From: an uncultured Rhodospirillaceae bacterium
GTDB lineage: Bacteria; Pseudomonadota; Alphaproteobacteria; UBA7985; JAUIBT01
NCBI GenBank assembly: GCA_964536635.1
Contig: CAZHYF010000003.1
Span: 1 to 33,050 of the forward strand
Direction of reading: 5' to 3'
Length of the DNA stretch: 33,050 nt
Each line of letters opens with the position of its first letter. The first letter of the stretch is position 1. This document shows positions 17,731-26,712 of this stretch, one piece after another. Made by a program: the position numbers and the translations under genes. Under the pieces are notes generated by a model, which was not told the origin of the DNA, searched no databases, and saw nothing but the letters and a program-made list of their open reading frames with translations.

Positions 17731-18969
17731 TCAAGAGCCTGCGGCGCTGTGCTGCGATTTCTTCACAAAGCGCTCAACCAACAAGGCCACCAAGATGAGG
17801 CCCGTCACGGGTACGGCGGTCAGAATTACGCTGGTCCAACCGCCAGCCTCCAGCACCCGCCCCGCCGTCATGGACGACAGGGACACCAAGCTGAACACCA
17901 CCAAATCGTTGACAGACTGGGCCTTTGCCCGTTCCTGAGGTCGGTATTCTTGTGCCAACATGGCTGTGCCACCGATGAAGGTGAAGTTCCAGCCGATACC
18001 CAAGGCGATCAGCGCCACCGAGAAGTGCCCAAAGCTAATCCCGCTGAACGCAACCGCCGCAGCGACCAGCAACAACAAGGCCCCCACCAAAATAACCCGC
18101 TCGACCCCGAAACGGGTGATCAAACGGCCGGTAAAAAAGCTGGGCGCAAACATGCCCAACACATGCAAGGAGACAACCGTGTTGGAGTCGCTAGGGTCAA
18201 AGCCACAGCCCGCCATAGCCAAAGGGGTCGGCACCATCATAAAGTTCATCACCGCATAGCCAACCATGGCCGAGACCATGGCCACGATGAAGCGCGGCCG
18301 CAGCACCAGCTCAGCCAGGCTGCGCACGTCCTGCGCTTCGCCTTCGGGCTTGGGTTGTGGGATATCGGTAAACTGCACGATGACAAGCGCGGCGATCATC
18401 AACAACATGACCGCCAAATAGACCCCCGCAAAACTTACCGGCGACAGCCAATCCTTGGCTGCTGTTGCCAGCATTGGCCCCATGACCGCCGCCACAACGC
18501 CACCAATCATGACGTAGGAGATGGCGTTGGCCTGATAGCCAGGCGTAGCCGCTTCGACCGCAGCAAAGCGCATCTGGTTGATGACGATCGAGTGCAGGCC
18601 AAACAGGAAGCCGCCGACGCACAGCAACCAAAAGCTGCCGATCAAAACCGCATAGCAAGACAAGCCCCCGGCGATAATGCCTGCCAGCGCGCCTATACTG
18701 GTGCCCCAACGCCGCCCGATCAGCTTCATCATGTAGGCGGCCGGAATGGTGGCCACAAACATGCCCGAAAACTGGAGCGCGGTCGGCCAAAAGGCCATGG
18801 ACTTGTCGTCCACGATGTAGACCGCCGCTAAGGTCGATGTCGCGATCAACATGACCAGCGTAGATTGACCAAAGGCCAGCGCCACGAACAGCAGCGCAAT
18901 GTTGCGGTTCATTCCCGGAAACAGGCGCTGAAGCAGACCCAAAGGCGCGTTAGAGCTTTGCATGAACAT
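17731..18969 (-). CDS. MFS transporter
   Basis: 412 aa with ~12 TM segments. The start is uncertain: ATG 18969 overlaps the thiL stop by 20 nt, while ATG 18912 (MNRNIALLF) avoids the overlap. Confidence 0.85.
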   Translation of the reverse strand: MFMQSSNAPLGLLQRLFPGMNRNIALLFVALAFGQSTLVMLIATSTLAAVYIVDDKSMAFWPTALQFSGMFVATIPAAYMMKLIGRRWGTSIGALAGIIAGGLSCYAVLIGSFWLLCVGGFLFGLHSIVINQMRFAAVEAATPGYQANAISYVMIGGVVAAVMGPMLATAAKDWLSPVSFAGVYLAVMLLMIAALVIVQFTDIPQPKPEGEAQDVRSLAELVLRPRFIVAMVSAMVGYAVMNFMMVPTPLAMAGCGFDPSDSNTVVSLHVLGMFAPSFFTGRLITRFGVERVILVGALLLLVAAAVAFSGISFGHFSVALIALGIGWNFTFIGGTAMLAQEYRPQERAKAQSVNDLVVFSLVSLSSMTAGRVLEAGGWTSVILTAVPVTGLILVALLVERFVKKSQHSAAGS

Positions 18970-19954
18970 ATCCTTCTCGGGCCAAGCTCAGCGCCTGGCC
19001 TTTGGCGTCTAACAAGGTCAGTCCCTGGCCTTGCGTCAAGCGACCGATGATCGCGCCTTGGCCCAGATCGGCCAAAAGTGCCTCAGCTTTGTCCCCAGTG
19101 CAGGAAAAGAGCAACTGATAGTCGTCTCCACCGGTAATTTGCGCCACTTGCTGGGCCATTGGATCGACCTGAAGCTCAGCGGCTGGGTGCCAAGCCAGCG
19201 GGATGCGTTCCAGATCAAGCTGACAGGCCAACCCCGAGGCCCCTGCCAGGTGGCGGGCATCAGCCACCAAGCCGTCGGAAATATCCATACAAGCGGTCAC
19301 CCAACCACTGGCTCGCAGCGCCTCACCAAAATCAAGCCGCGGCTCGGGCATGCGGTAGTGCTGGATCGCGGCGTCACGGATCGCGTCCGGCAGCTCCAGA
19401 CCAGCGCCTTGCAAGACTTGCAAACCTAGGTGCCCCCAGCCAATCGCCCCTGATACGCAAAGACAGTCGCCCGCCTTGGCGCCGCTGCGCAACATGGCAG
19501 GCTGCGTCGCCGCTGCGCCTTTGGGCTGGCCGAGCGCCGTGATGCTCAGGCTCAAAGGGCCAGGGCCGCTGGTCGTATCACCGCCCAAAAGCTGAAGGTC
19601 GTAGCGTTGCAAATCCTCTGCCAATCCAGCGGCAAAGGCAGCAATCCAAGCCTCGCTTTTCCGGGTATCGGCCCCAGACGGTAGGTTGAGCGCCAAAAGG
19701 CAGCCCAAGGGCCGCACGCCCTTGGCGGCAAGATCGGAAAGATTGACCCTGAGCGCCTTGCGCCCGATGGTCTCAGGCGGATCGTTGGGTAAGAAGTGAA
19801 CGCCCTCGATCAGGCTATCGACCGTCAGCACGAGGTCGCCGGTCAAGGCCGCGCGGGGCAGATGAGCACAGTCATCTTGCAGACGCTGGCCAAAGCCACC
19901 TTGCGCCGCCAAGGGGCGAAAATAGCGATCTATAAGATCAAACTCAGCGACCAT
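18950..19954 (-). CDS. thiL: Thiamine-monophosphate kinase
   Basis: EFDLIDRYF, DLAAKGVRP and GGDT motifs, in the conserved nusB-thiL position. ATG 19954 is preceded by GAGAGG; the ORF-track start is TTG 19972. Confidence 0.92.
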   Translation of the reverse strand: MVAEFDLIDRYFRPLAAQGGFGQRLQDDCAHLPRAALTGDLVLTVDSLIEGVHFLPNDPPETIGRKALRVNLSDLAAKGVRPLGCLLALNLPSGADTRKSEAWIAAFAAGLAEDLQRYDLQLLGGDTTSGPGPLSLSITALGQPKGAAATQPAMLRSGAKAGDCLCVSGAIGWGHLGLQVLQGAGLELPDAIRDAAIQHYRMPEPRLDFGEALRASGWVTACMDISDGLVADARHLAGASGLACQLDLERIPLAWHPAAELQVDPMAQQVAQITGGDDYQLLFSCTGDKAEALLADLGQGAIIGRLTQGQGLTLLDAKGQALSLAREGYVHAKL

Positions 19955-19984
19955 GAGGGCCTCTCTGGCCAAAGCCCAGTAGCT

Positions 19985-20494
19985 CTAAAGCGGAAAGGCT
20001 TCACCATCGCGCAGGGTTGCAGCAATTGTCTCCAAAGCTGCGTTGACAATTTTGGGCTCGCTGCCCTCGAAGAAATGGTGCGCCAGAGCCACGTACTCCG
20101 CAGTGACCACGGCCTTTGGCAGGTCCAACTTGCTTGCCAACTCACTGATCCCGCTGCGCAAAATCGCCTTCAGCACCGGGTCGATGCGTTCCAAGTTCCA
20201 GTCCGGCGGCAGCACGGCTGAGACCATATCGTCCAGCTCTTCGCGCTCTTGCCATACGGCAGCCACCAGCTCCTGGAACAGATTGCGGTCGAACTTACCC
20301 AGCCGCAGGCCTTCCAGATCCTCGCGCGCACGGAACAGCACGAAATCGCGCATCACCGCGTTCAAGTTGGGCGCGCTGGACTGATCCAACTCATACAGCG
20401 CTTGGATAGCAGCAAAGCGCGCAGCATGGCGGCGATCTGTAAAAGAGGAGCCGCCGCCGCGTTGGGCGTCCTTTGCGCGTCGTTCGCCGGGCAT
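19985..20494 (-). CDS. nusB: Transcription antitermination factor NusB
   Basis: RHAARFAAIQALYELD..., 169 aa, directly downstream of ribH. Confidence 0.93.
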   Translation of the reverse strand: MPGERRAKDAQRGGGSSFTDRRHAARFAAIQALYELDQSSAPNLNAVMRDFVLFRAREDLEGLRLGKFDRNLFQELVAAVWQEREELDDMVSAVLPPDWNLERIDPVLKAILRSGISELASKLDLPKAVVTAEYVALAHHFFEGSEPKIVNAALETIAATLRDGEAFPL

Positions 20495-20498
20495 GATG

Positions 20499-20987
20499 TT
20501 AGTCCCGTTCGCTGGTGATGGTCAGTTTGCTCTCGCTCAACACATCGTCCAGGTTGGGCGAATAGCGCGCCTTAATCTCCAGCATGCGCAGCGCCGCTAG
20601 GGCTGCATCGCGGCCCTTGTTCTTTTGGCTACGCTTGGCGCGCGCCCAAGCCTGATCGCCATTCTCAACGGTCAAAATGCCGTTGCCGATACAGCAATCG
20701 AACTCAATCGCCAGAGTTTGCAACGCCCGCGCAGACTCGACCGCCACGATGTCATAGTGCGAGGTCTCGCCACGGATCACCACCCCCAAGGCCACATAGG
20801 CATCGTATTCAGCAGAACCCTCTGCCAGCGCGATCGCTGCGGGGACCTCCAGCACGCCGGGCACCGGCAAGCGCTCGATCTCTACGCCGGCCTCTTGCAG
20901 CGCCTCAATCGCGCCAGCCGCCAATTCGTCCGCCAGATCATCGTAAAAACGCGCCTCAACGATCAGGACGCGTGCAGGCTCTTCCAT
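20499..20987 (-). CDS. ribH: 6,7-dimethyl-8-ribityllumazine synthase
   Basis: LIVEARFYDDLADEL...VPGVLEVPAAIALA...ALGVVIRGETSHYDIV. Confidence 0.94.
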   Translation of the reverse strand: MEEPARVLIVEARFYDDLADELAAGAIEALQEAGVEIERLPVPGVLEVPAAIALAEGSAEYDAYVALGVVIRGETSHYDIVAVESARALQTLAIEFDCCIGNGILTVENGDQAWARAKRSQKNKGRDAALAALRMLEIKARYSPNLDDVLSESKLTITSERD

Positions 20988-21073
20988 GACTTCACACTTC
21001 TTTCTTCTTTGGACCGCAGACCCGACGGGGTTGCCAATGCCGGGCCACTGCCGCAGGAGGTGGCAGGTTTTGC

Positions 21074-21682
21074 CTAGGACTGCAAGAAGGAAAGCTGCCG
21101 CTGCACATAGCGCGCCAGCATGTCCGCCTCAAAATTCAGAAAATCACCGACCTTGCGATGCTTGAGCGTCGTAACGTCGTAGGTGTGCGGAATGACCGCG
21201 ATCCCAAAGCTGGCCGCGTCCACATCGGTCACGGTGAGCGAGATCCCGTCCAGCGCCACTGACCCCTTGCCAGCGACCAAGCCCGCCAGCGCCTGAGGCA
21301 GCGCGAACCGAAACCGCCAGCCGTCGCCATCCTTGGCGATGGATTGAAGCTGTGCCAAGCCATCGACGTGGCTGAACACTAGGTGGCCGCCCAGCTCGTC
21401 ACCCAGGCGCAAAGAGGGCTCCAGATTGACCTGCGTGCCGACACTCCAGTTGGCCAGCGTGGTCAGGCTGAGGGTCTCGTTGGTGGCAAAAACGGTGTGC
21501 TGACTGCTGCCCTCGCCCAGCGCTTCGGCCGACTCGATGGTCAGACAACAGCCGGAGTGCGAGACTGAAGCGCCAATCGTCAGCTCCTCCATCTTCAGGT
21601 CGGATTGAAGCGTGAAACGCCGCCCGCCTTGGTCTTGAACATCAACGACGCGGCCGACGGTTTGGACGATGCCTGTAAACAA
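21074..21682 (-). CDS. ribE: Riboflavin synthase (alpha chain)
   Basis: The family invariably begins MFTGIV. Here TTG 21682 encodes (M)FTGIVQTVGRV with a GGGAAGCAGGAG purine tract upstream. The ORF-track start, TTG 21736, adds 18 non-conserved residues. Confidence 0.9.
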   Translation of the reverse strand: MFTGIVQTVGRVVDVQDQGGRRFTLQSDLKMEELTIGASVSHSGCCLTIESAEALGEGSSQHTVFATNETLSLTTLANWSVGTQVNLEPSLRLGDELGGHLVFSHVDGLAQLQSIAKDGDGWRFRFALPQALAGLVAGKGSVALDGISLTVTDVDAASFGIAVIPHTYDVTTLKHRKVGDFLNFEADMLARYVQRQLSFLQS

Positions 21683-21796
21683 TCTCCTGCTTCCCTTCGC
21701 AAGCCCGCAGCGCAGGGAACCTGCGTGACGGGTCAATAAGCTGTTAAATCATGATGTTAGCTCGACGACGCGGCCAGCCGGGCACCAGAGCCAAGG

Positions 21797-22882
21797 TTAT
21801 GACGAAGCAGGGCGTTGCAACAAGAAAAACCAGTCTTGTCCCAAGCGTCTTTCTTCCAGGCAGTCCCAGGCCGCGACCTGCTCCATGGTCTCCAGCCCCA
21901 GGGCTGCCAAAGCCGAACGCCCGTCGCCGCCCATGAGCTTGGGTGCCATGAACCAAGCCAAGCGGTCCACAAGCCCAGCACGCAAGAAGGCGGTGGCCAG
22001 CCCAGGGCCCGCTTCGATCAGCGCGGCGTTGTGCCCCTGCGCACCGAAGGCCGCCAGCATGGCTGGCAAGTCCTGCGCTTCTTCGCCCTTAAGGTGCAGT
22101 GTCTTTGCCAAGTCCTGCTGGCTGAAAATCGCCGCGCTCTGCGGCACTCTGGCTGAGCGATCCAGCACCACCCGCAAAGGTGATCTTGCCTCCAGCCCCG
22201 GCAAGCGACAGGTCAACTTGGCGTCGTCCGCCAGCACCGTGCCCGATCCGGTGATGATCAGTGTGGATTGCCCGCGCAGCAAGTGGCCATGCGCGCGGGC
22301 CTCTGGTCCAGTGATCCACTGGCTGGCGCCGTTGGCCAGGGCGATTTGGCCGTCAAGGCTGCTGGCGACCTTCAGCGTCACCAAGGGGCGACCGCGCCTC
22401 TGACGGCTGAAATACCCCGCCAAGTCGCACGCAGCCTCCGCCTCCATGCAGCCGCGTGTAACCGCAACGCCCGCGGCTTCCAGCGCGCGCAGTCCCCGCC
22501 CCGCCACGCGTTGATCGGGATCACCGCAAGCCACCACCAGCCTTGCAATCCCGGCATCAATCAAGGCCTGACTACAGGGCGGGGTCCGGCCGTGATGACT
22601 ACAGGGCTCCAGCGTGACATAGGCCGTTGCACCTCGCGCCTGCGCGCCCGCTTGCGCCAGGGCTTGGGTCTCAGCATGCGGGCGGCCGCCGTCGGCGGTG
22701 CGAGCCTGCCCGACAATCTTGCCTTCGGCCACCACCAAGCAACCAACGCAGGGATTTTCAGCGGTCGCCCCCAGCCCTTCGCGCGCCAAGCCGATCGCCT
22801 GGCGCATGAACTGCTGATCCTGCCAGTCTTGTTGCGTCGGCCGGTCTTGTTGTTCCTGGGCTGCGGTATTCAGTTCCTGCAC
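21797..22882 (-). CDS. ribD: Bifunctional diaminohydroxyphosphoribosylaminopyrimidine deaminase / 5-amino-6-(5-phosphoribosylamino)uracil reductase
   Basis: Deaminase zinc motifs HAETQAL and TLEPCSHHGRTPPC, plus a C-terminal reductase domain. GTG start 14 nt after the nrdR stop. Confidence 0.94.
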   Translation of the reverse strand: MQELNTAAQEQQDRPTQQDWQDQQFMRQAIGLAREGLGATAENPCVGCLVVAEGKIVGQARTADGGRPHAETQALAQAGAQARGATAYVTLEPCSHHGRTPPCSQALIDAGIARLVVACGDPDQRVAGRGLRALEAAGVAVTRGCMEAEAACDLAGYFSRQRRGRPLVTLKVASSLDGQIALANGASQWITGPEARAHGHLLRGQSTLIITGSGTVLADDAKLTCRLPGLEARSPLRVVLDRSARVPQSAAIFSQQDLAKTLHLKGEEAQDLPAMLAAFGAQGHNAALIEAGPGLATAFLRAGLVDRLAWFMAPKLMGGDGRSALAALGLETMEQVAAWDCLEERRLGQDWFFLLQRPASS

Positions 22883-22896
22883 ATGCGCCCCCAGCC

Positions 22897-23367
22897 CTAA
22901 CCGTCTTCTTTGCCGGCCCTGCCGCCCAGACTTTCCAGCAAGCGGGTGAAGTCGCTGGCCTGCTGGAAGTCATTGTAGACCGAGGCATAGCGCACGAAAG
23001 CCACGGGGTCCAAGCGCGCCAGCATCTCCATGACGCGCTTGCCGATGTCCTTCGAGGTCACCTCACCGTCGCCGCTCATCTCCAACTGGCGCGCCAGCAA
23101 GGACAGTTGATCGTCGAGCTGTTTTTCGTCCAGTGGCCGCTTGCGCATGGCGATCATAATCGAATGGCGCAGCTTGCCTCGGTTGAAGGATTCGCGTCTG
23201 CCATCGGCCTTGATGACCGTCACTTCTTGCAACTGCACGCGCTCAAAGGTGGTAAAGCGCTGGTCGCAGACCTGGCAGGTCCGCCGGCGGCGGATGGCTG
23301 TATTGTCTTCAACGGGACGTGAGTCTTTAACCTGGGTGTTTTCGCTGGAACAATAGGGGCAGCGCAT
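22897..23367 (-). CDS. nrdR: Transcriptional repressor NrdR
   Basis: MRCPYCSSENTQVKDSRP...CQVCDQRFTTFE zinc ribbon plus an ATP-cone; 156 aa. Confidence 0.96.
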   Translation of the reverse strand: MRCPYCSSENTQVKDSRPVEDNTAIRRRRTCQVCDQRFTTFERVQLQEVTVIKADGRRESFNRGKLRHSIMIAMRKRPLDEKQLDDQLSLLARQLEMSGDGEVTSKDIGKRVMEMLARLDPVAFVRYASVYNDFQQASDFTRLLESLGGRAGKEDG

Positions 23368-23593
23368 GCGGCGAGCTCAATTTTTAGTTCGGGGCCGCCT
23401 AGGGTGACAAGGAATGCAAGCGGGCGCAAGAGCGCGCGCACGGCTGTGACCCTTGGCCCAGTCTATACCCAAAAACTTGTCCGCTCGCTCTGTCGTGAGA
23501 GCCAGCAACAGTCCCGAGATAAACCTCTGTTTTGACGCCCTTTTGCTCTGTGTCGGCACTTGACTTGATCGCGCGGGCCAGCAAGCCTAGGGC

Positions 23594-24172
23594 ATGGAGT
23601 CTGTCTTGATCCTTTTTGCGCACCCGAATTTGGAGCACTCGCGCGTCCATCGCCGCCTGCTGCAAGCCTTGTCGGGAATGGAGCAGGTTACGCTGCACGA
23701 TCTCTATCAGGTCTACCCGGATTTCTTCATCGACACCGCGCAGGAGCAAGCGCTGCTGGCGGATCACCAGCACATCGTGCTCCAGTTTCCGCTCTATTGG
23801 TTCTCAACGCCATCGCTGTTGAAGGAATGGCAAGATCTGGTTTTGCCGCAACCTGGCCGCCACAGCCCGGACCTGTTGGACCTGCGTGGCAAGACGCTGA
23901 GCCTCGCGGTGAGTTTCAGCGAGCCCCTGAGAGCTGCTGGCGTGCCCGCTGACCCTCAGGGCGCCATCGAAGCCGTTTTTTTACCGATACGTCTTGCCGC
24001 TCAACGGGCAGGTCTGACCTGGTGCCCGCCCTTTGTCATCCCGCACGCCAACCAGCTAGACGACACCCAGCTCACCCTTGTCGCAGAAGATTTTCGCGAC
24101 CACTTGCTGGCCAAGCTCTACCGCGAGCGCGAGCACGCCGCTTCAAGGGCGGACGCAGGAGGGCGCAACTGA
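23594..24172 (+). CDS. kefG: Glutathione-regulated K+-efflux system ancillary oxidoreductase (KefG/KefF, flavodoxin-like fold)
   Basis: ILFAHPNLEHSRV...VTLHDLYQVYPDFFIDTAQEQALL...FPLYWFSTPSLLKEWQDLVL closely parallels E. coli KefG. Its stop overlaps the next ATG (TGATG). Confidence 0.88.
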   Translation: MESVLILFAHPNLEHSRVHRRLLQALSGMEQVTLHDLYQVYPDFFIDTAQEQALLADHQHIVLQFPLYWFSTPSLLKEWQDLVLPQPGRHSPDLLDLRGKTLSLAVSFSEPLRAAGVPADPQGAIEAVFLPIRLAAQRAGLTWCPPFVIPHANQLDDTQLTLVAEDFRDHLLAKLYREREHAASRADAGGRN

Positions 24173-26112
24173 TGGACCACGATCTGCTGTTTGCAGCCTT
24201 CGTCTATCTCAGCGTTGCGGTGCTGGCGGTGCCTCTGGCGAGCCGCTTGGGGCTGGGCTCGGTCCTGGGCTACCTGGGCGCAGGCATCGCAATCGGCCCC
24301 TTCGCGCTCAACCTGACCGGCGAAGGGCAGGACGACATCATGCACTTTGCTGAGTTCGGCGTGGTGATGATGCTGTTTTTGATCGGCCTTGAGCTGCAAC
24401 CACAAGTCCTGTGGCGGCTAAGGCGCAAGATATTGGGTTTGGGGGGATTGCAGGTCGTTTTCAGCAGCCTGGCGCTGATGGGAATCGGTATGGCTGCCGG
24501 TCTTGCCTGGCAGAGCGCGCTGGCGGTTGGCATGATCTTGGCCCTGTCATCCACCGCCATCGTCATGCAATCGCTGGAAGAAAAAGGCTGGACTCGCAGC
24601 CCTGGCGGACGCGCCTCCTTTACCGTGTTGTTGTTTCAAGACATGGCGGTGATCCCCATCTTGGCGCTGCTGCCCCTGCTCGCTTTGCCGCAAGGTCTAC
24701 CGCATGCCGCCAGCGACGAGGCACACGCCGTCAGCCCTGCCGCTTCGAGCCTGATCGCCCACCTACCGATCTGGGCTCAGGGCATCGCAGCGCTCGCCTC
24801 GATTGCTGCGATTATCCTGGCGGGCCGGTTTCTGTTGCGGCCCATCTTTCGCATCATCGCCCTGCAACAGAGCCGCGAGCTTTTCACGGCCTTCACCCTG
24901 TTTCTGGTGGTTGCCATTTCCTTGCTGATGCGCGCCTTGGGGCTGTCGATGGCGCTGGGGACTTTCCTGGCGGGCGTCGTCTTGGCCGACAGCGAATATC
25001 GCCACGAGCTGGAGAACAACATTCAACCCTTCAAGGGGCTCTTGTTGGGGCTGTTCTTTATCGCGGTGGGTTCGTCGATCGACTTTGCGTTGATCTGGGA
25101 GAGTTGGGCGCTCGTTCTCGCTCTGACGCTCGGTCTGTTGCTGGTCAAGTTGTTGATCTTGTTGAGCGTGGGCTTCGCCTTCGATCTACGCGGCAGCCAA
25201 TTGGCGCTGTTCACGTTGGCGCTGGCGCAGGGCGGCGAGTTCGCCTTCGTCCTTTTCTCCTTCGCCACCCAAAACAGTGTGTTGAGCGCAGAGCTCGCCG
25301 GTCGCCTGACTGCGGTGGTTGCTCTAACCATGCTGGTGACGCCGCTGCTGCTTATCGCCTATGAGCGCCTGTTGCTGCCCTGGCTAGAGCGCCGCCAGGT
25401 CACCCGCGAAGAAGACGAGATGGAGGACCACGAGCCGCGCGTTATCCTAGCAGGCTATGGCGCTTTCGGAACCTTGGTCGGGCGCTTGTTGATCGCCAAC
25501 CGGGTGCCGACAACCATTTTGGACTTCAACCCCGAGCAAATCGACCGCATGCGGGTCTTTGGTTTCAAAGTCTACTACGGCGATGCCACCCGCATCGAGT
25601 TGCTGGAACTGGCGGGCATTGCCAAGGCCGAGCTGCTGGTGGTCGCCATCGGCGATGCTGATGCCGCCATCCGCCTGGTCGCGGAGGTCAAGCGCCTGCA
25701 TCCCCACGTCACCATAATCGCGCGCGCTGCGGATCGCCCGCACTACCGCGAGCTGAAACGCGCCGGTGCCGACATCGTGGTGCGCCAATACCTGCAATCG
25801 GCCATGTTTATGGGGCAGGCCATCCTGACCAGCTTAGGGTTTCGCGCCTTCACCGCACGCCGCCGCGCGCAGGCTTTCGAGCGCCACGACATGAAGATGA
25901 TCGACGCTATGGCGCTTGAGGAATTGGACGACAAGACCGCAGCCAACATCGCGCGCAGCGCTTCAGAGCAAATCGAGCGCGCTTTGCACCAAGACAGCGC
26001 CTACCACCGCCCTGAGCTGGCGCTCGACCCTTTGGAGAACGATCCCGTCGAACCAGAGGAGGCCGAATTGCCCTTGGAAATGGAGCATGCGGTTGCAGGT
26101 CGCGCACCGTGA
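24172..26112 (+). CDS. kefB: Glutathione-regulated K+-efflux system protein (CPA2 antiporter domain + RCK/KTN domain), KefB/KefC type
   Basis: MDHDLLFAAFVYLSVAVLAVPLASRLGLGSVLGYLGAGIAIGP is the family N-terminus, and the KTN motif is RVILAGYGAFGTLVG. 646 aa from ATG 24172. The 696-aa ORF-track version is an out-of-gene extension into kefG. Confidence 0.92.
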   Translation: MDHDLLFAAFVYLSVAVLAVPLASRLGLGSVLGYLGAGIAIGPFALNLTGEGQDDIMHFAEFGVVMMLFLIGLELQPQVLWRLRRKILGLGGLQVVFSSLALMGIGMAAGLAWQSALAVGMILALSSTAIVMQSLEEKGWTRSPGGRASFTVLLFQDMAVIPILALLPLLALPQGLPHAASDEAHAVSPAASSLIAHLPIWAQGIAALASIAAIILAGRFLLRPIFRIIALQQSRELFTAFTLFLVVAISLLMRALGLSMALGTFLAGVVLADSEYRHELENNIQPFKGLLLGLFFIAVGSSIDFALIWESWALVLALTLGLLLVKLLILLSVGFAFDLRGSQLALFTLALAQGGEFAFVLFSFATQNSVLSAELAGRLTAVVALTMLVTPLLLIAYERLLLPWLERRQVTREEDEMEDHEPRVILAGYGAFGTLVGRLLIANRVPTTILDFNPEQIDRMRVFGFKVYYGDATRIELLELAGIAKAELLVVAIGDADAAIRLVAEVKRLHPHVTIIARAADRPHYRELKRAGADIVVRQYLQSAMFMGQAILTSLGFRAFTARRRAQAFERHDMKMIDAMALEELDDKTAANIARSASEQIERALHQDSAYHRPELALDPLENDPVEPEEAELPLEMEHAVAGRAP

Positions 26113-26597
26113 GCGGTGCCGAAACCAGCGCTGCGGCGGCTTTGACGCCGCCCAGCTCAGGTGGACCGGGTGCAGCCAGTGGCCCGAGCGGTATCCGTGA
26201 TCTGGGACAGTTGCTTTGCCACCTCGCCCCCGCGCTGTCGGCTGAACTCTATTGCTTCACCTTTGATCCAGCCCCCGCCGCAGAACTGGAAGCGGCGGCG
26301 TTGATGGTCATGCGCGAGGAAGAAGGTACAACGCTGATCCTGCCGTTGGCCTTGGCCAACGCCGCCCACCTGGAGGCAGGATTTCTGTGTCAGAAAATCA
26401 CCCTCAAGGTCCCCTCCAGCCTTGAGGCCGTGGGCATGATGGCCGCTATCGCCAAGGCATTGCAGCAACACGGTCTGCCCTGCAACGCGGTCGCGGGCTA
26501 TCACCACGATCACCTGTTTGTGCCGACCTCCCAGGCCGAGGCCGCTTTGGCTTGCCTGCAGGATCTGCAAGCACGCTGGGCGCCGGACCAGCAATGA
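26109..26597 (+). CDS. ACT-domain-containing protein (ACT_7 / DUF2241-like, COG3602-type)
   Basis: 162 aa. The C-terminal ~125 aa resemble small ACT_7 proteins (LYCFTF..., EEGTTLILP, ...GYHHDHLFVP). GTG start overlaps the kefB stop (GTGA). The first ~30 aa are low complexity (Ala/Ser/Gly/Pro). Confidence 0.7.
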   Translation: MSGAETSAAAALTPPSSGGPGAASGPSGIRDLGQLLCHLAPALSAELYCFTFDPAPAAELEAAALMVMREEEGTTLILPLALANAAHLEAGFLCQKITLKVPSSLEAVGMMAAIAKALQQHGLPCNAVAGYHHDHLFVPTSQAEAALACLQDLQARWAPDQQ

Positions 26598-26712
26598 CCT
26601 AGGCAAAGCCCAAGCTCTTGGAATCTAGAGCGCCAAGGTGGCTTGGGGAACCTTTGCTTATAACTCAAAGAGTTAGAGCAGGTGTCATGAAGGTAGTTCG
26701 TTGAAACATGTC

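Noticed and set aside
17749-18831. 360-aa ORF antisense to the MFS transporter. Similar long shadow ORFs occur at 26840..27859, 24411..25364, 31059..31865, 3978..4763, 2246..2941, 2418..3071, 10030..10596, 29245..29859 and 7410..8159.
   Set aside because: All lie opposite to or out of frame with genes that have strong family signatures. Their translations are Arg/His/Gln/Pro/Gly-rich and low complexity, with no motifs. This is the expected stop-codon-poor artefact of GC-rich DNA.
20988-21073. Possible FMN riboswitch upstream of ribH
   Set aside because: At 86 nt it is too short and lacks the conserved FMN aptamer core. Only a small hairpin is present.
23368-23593. Small ORFs (60 and 124 aa, minus strand) and possible NrdR boxes in the nrdR-kefG divergent region
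   Set aside because: The ORFs lack an RBS and partly run antisense into kefG. I see no palindromic NrdR-box-like 16-mer pair. The region is most simply a divergent promoter region.
24022-24171. 50-codon N-terminal extension of kefB in the ORF track (696 aa)
   Set aside because: The extension is Arg/Pro/Ala-rich and lies inside kefG in another frame. The family N-terminus MDHDLLFAAF... begins at ATG 24172, overlapping the kefG stop as in E. coli kefGB.
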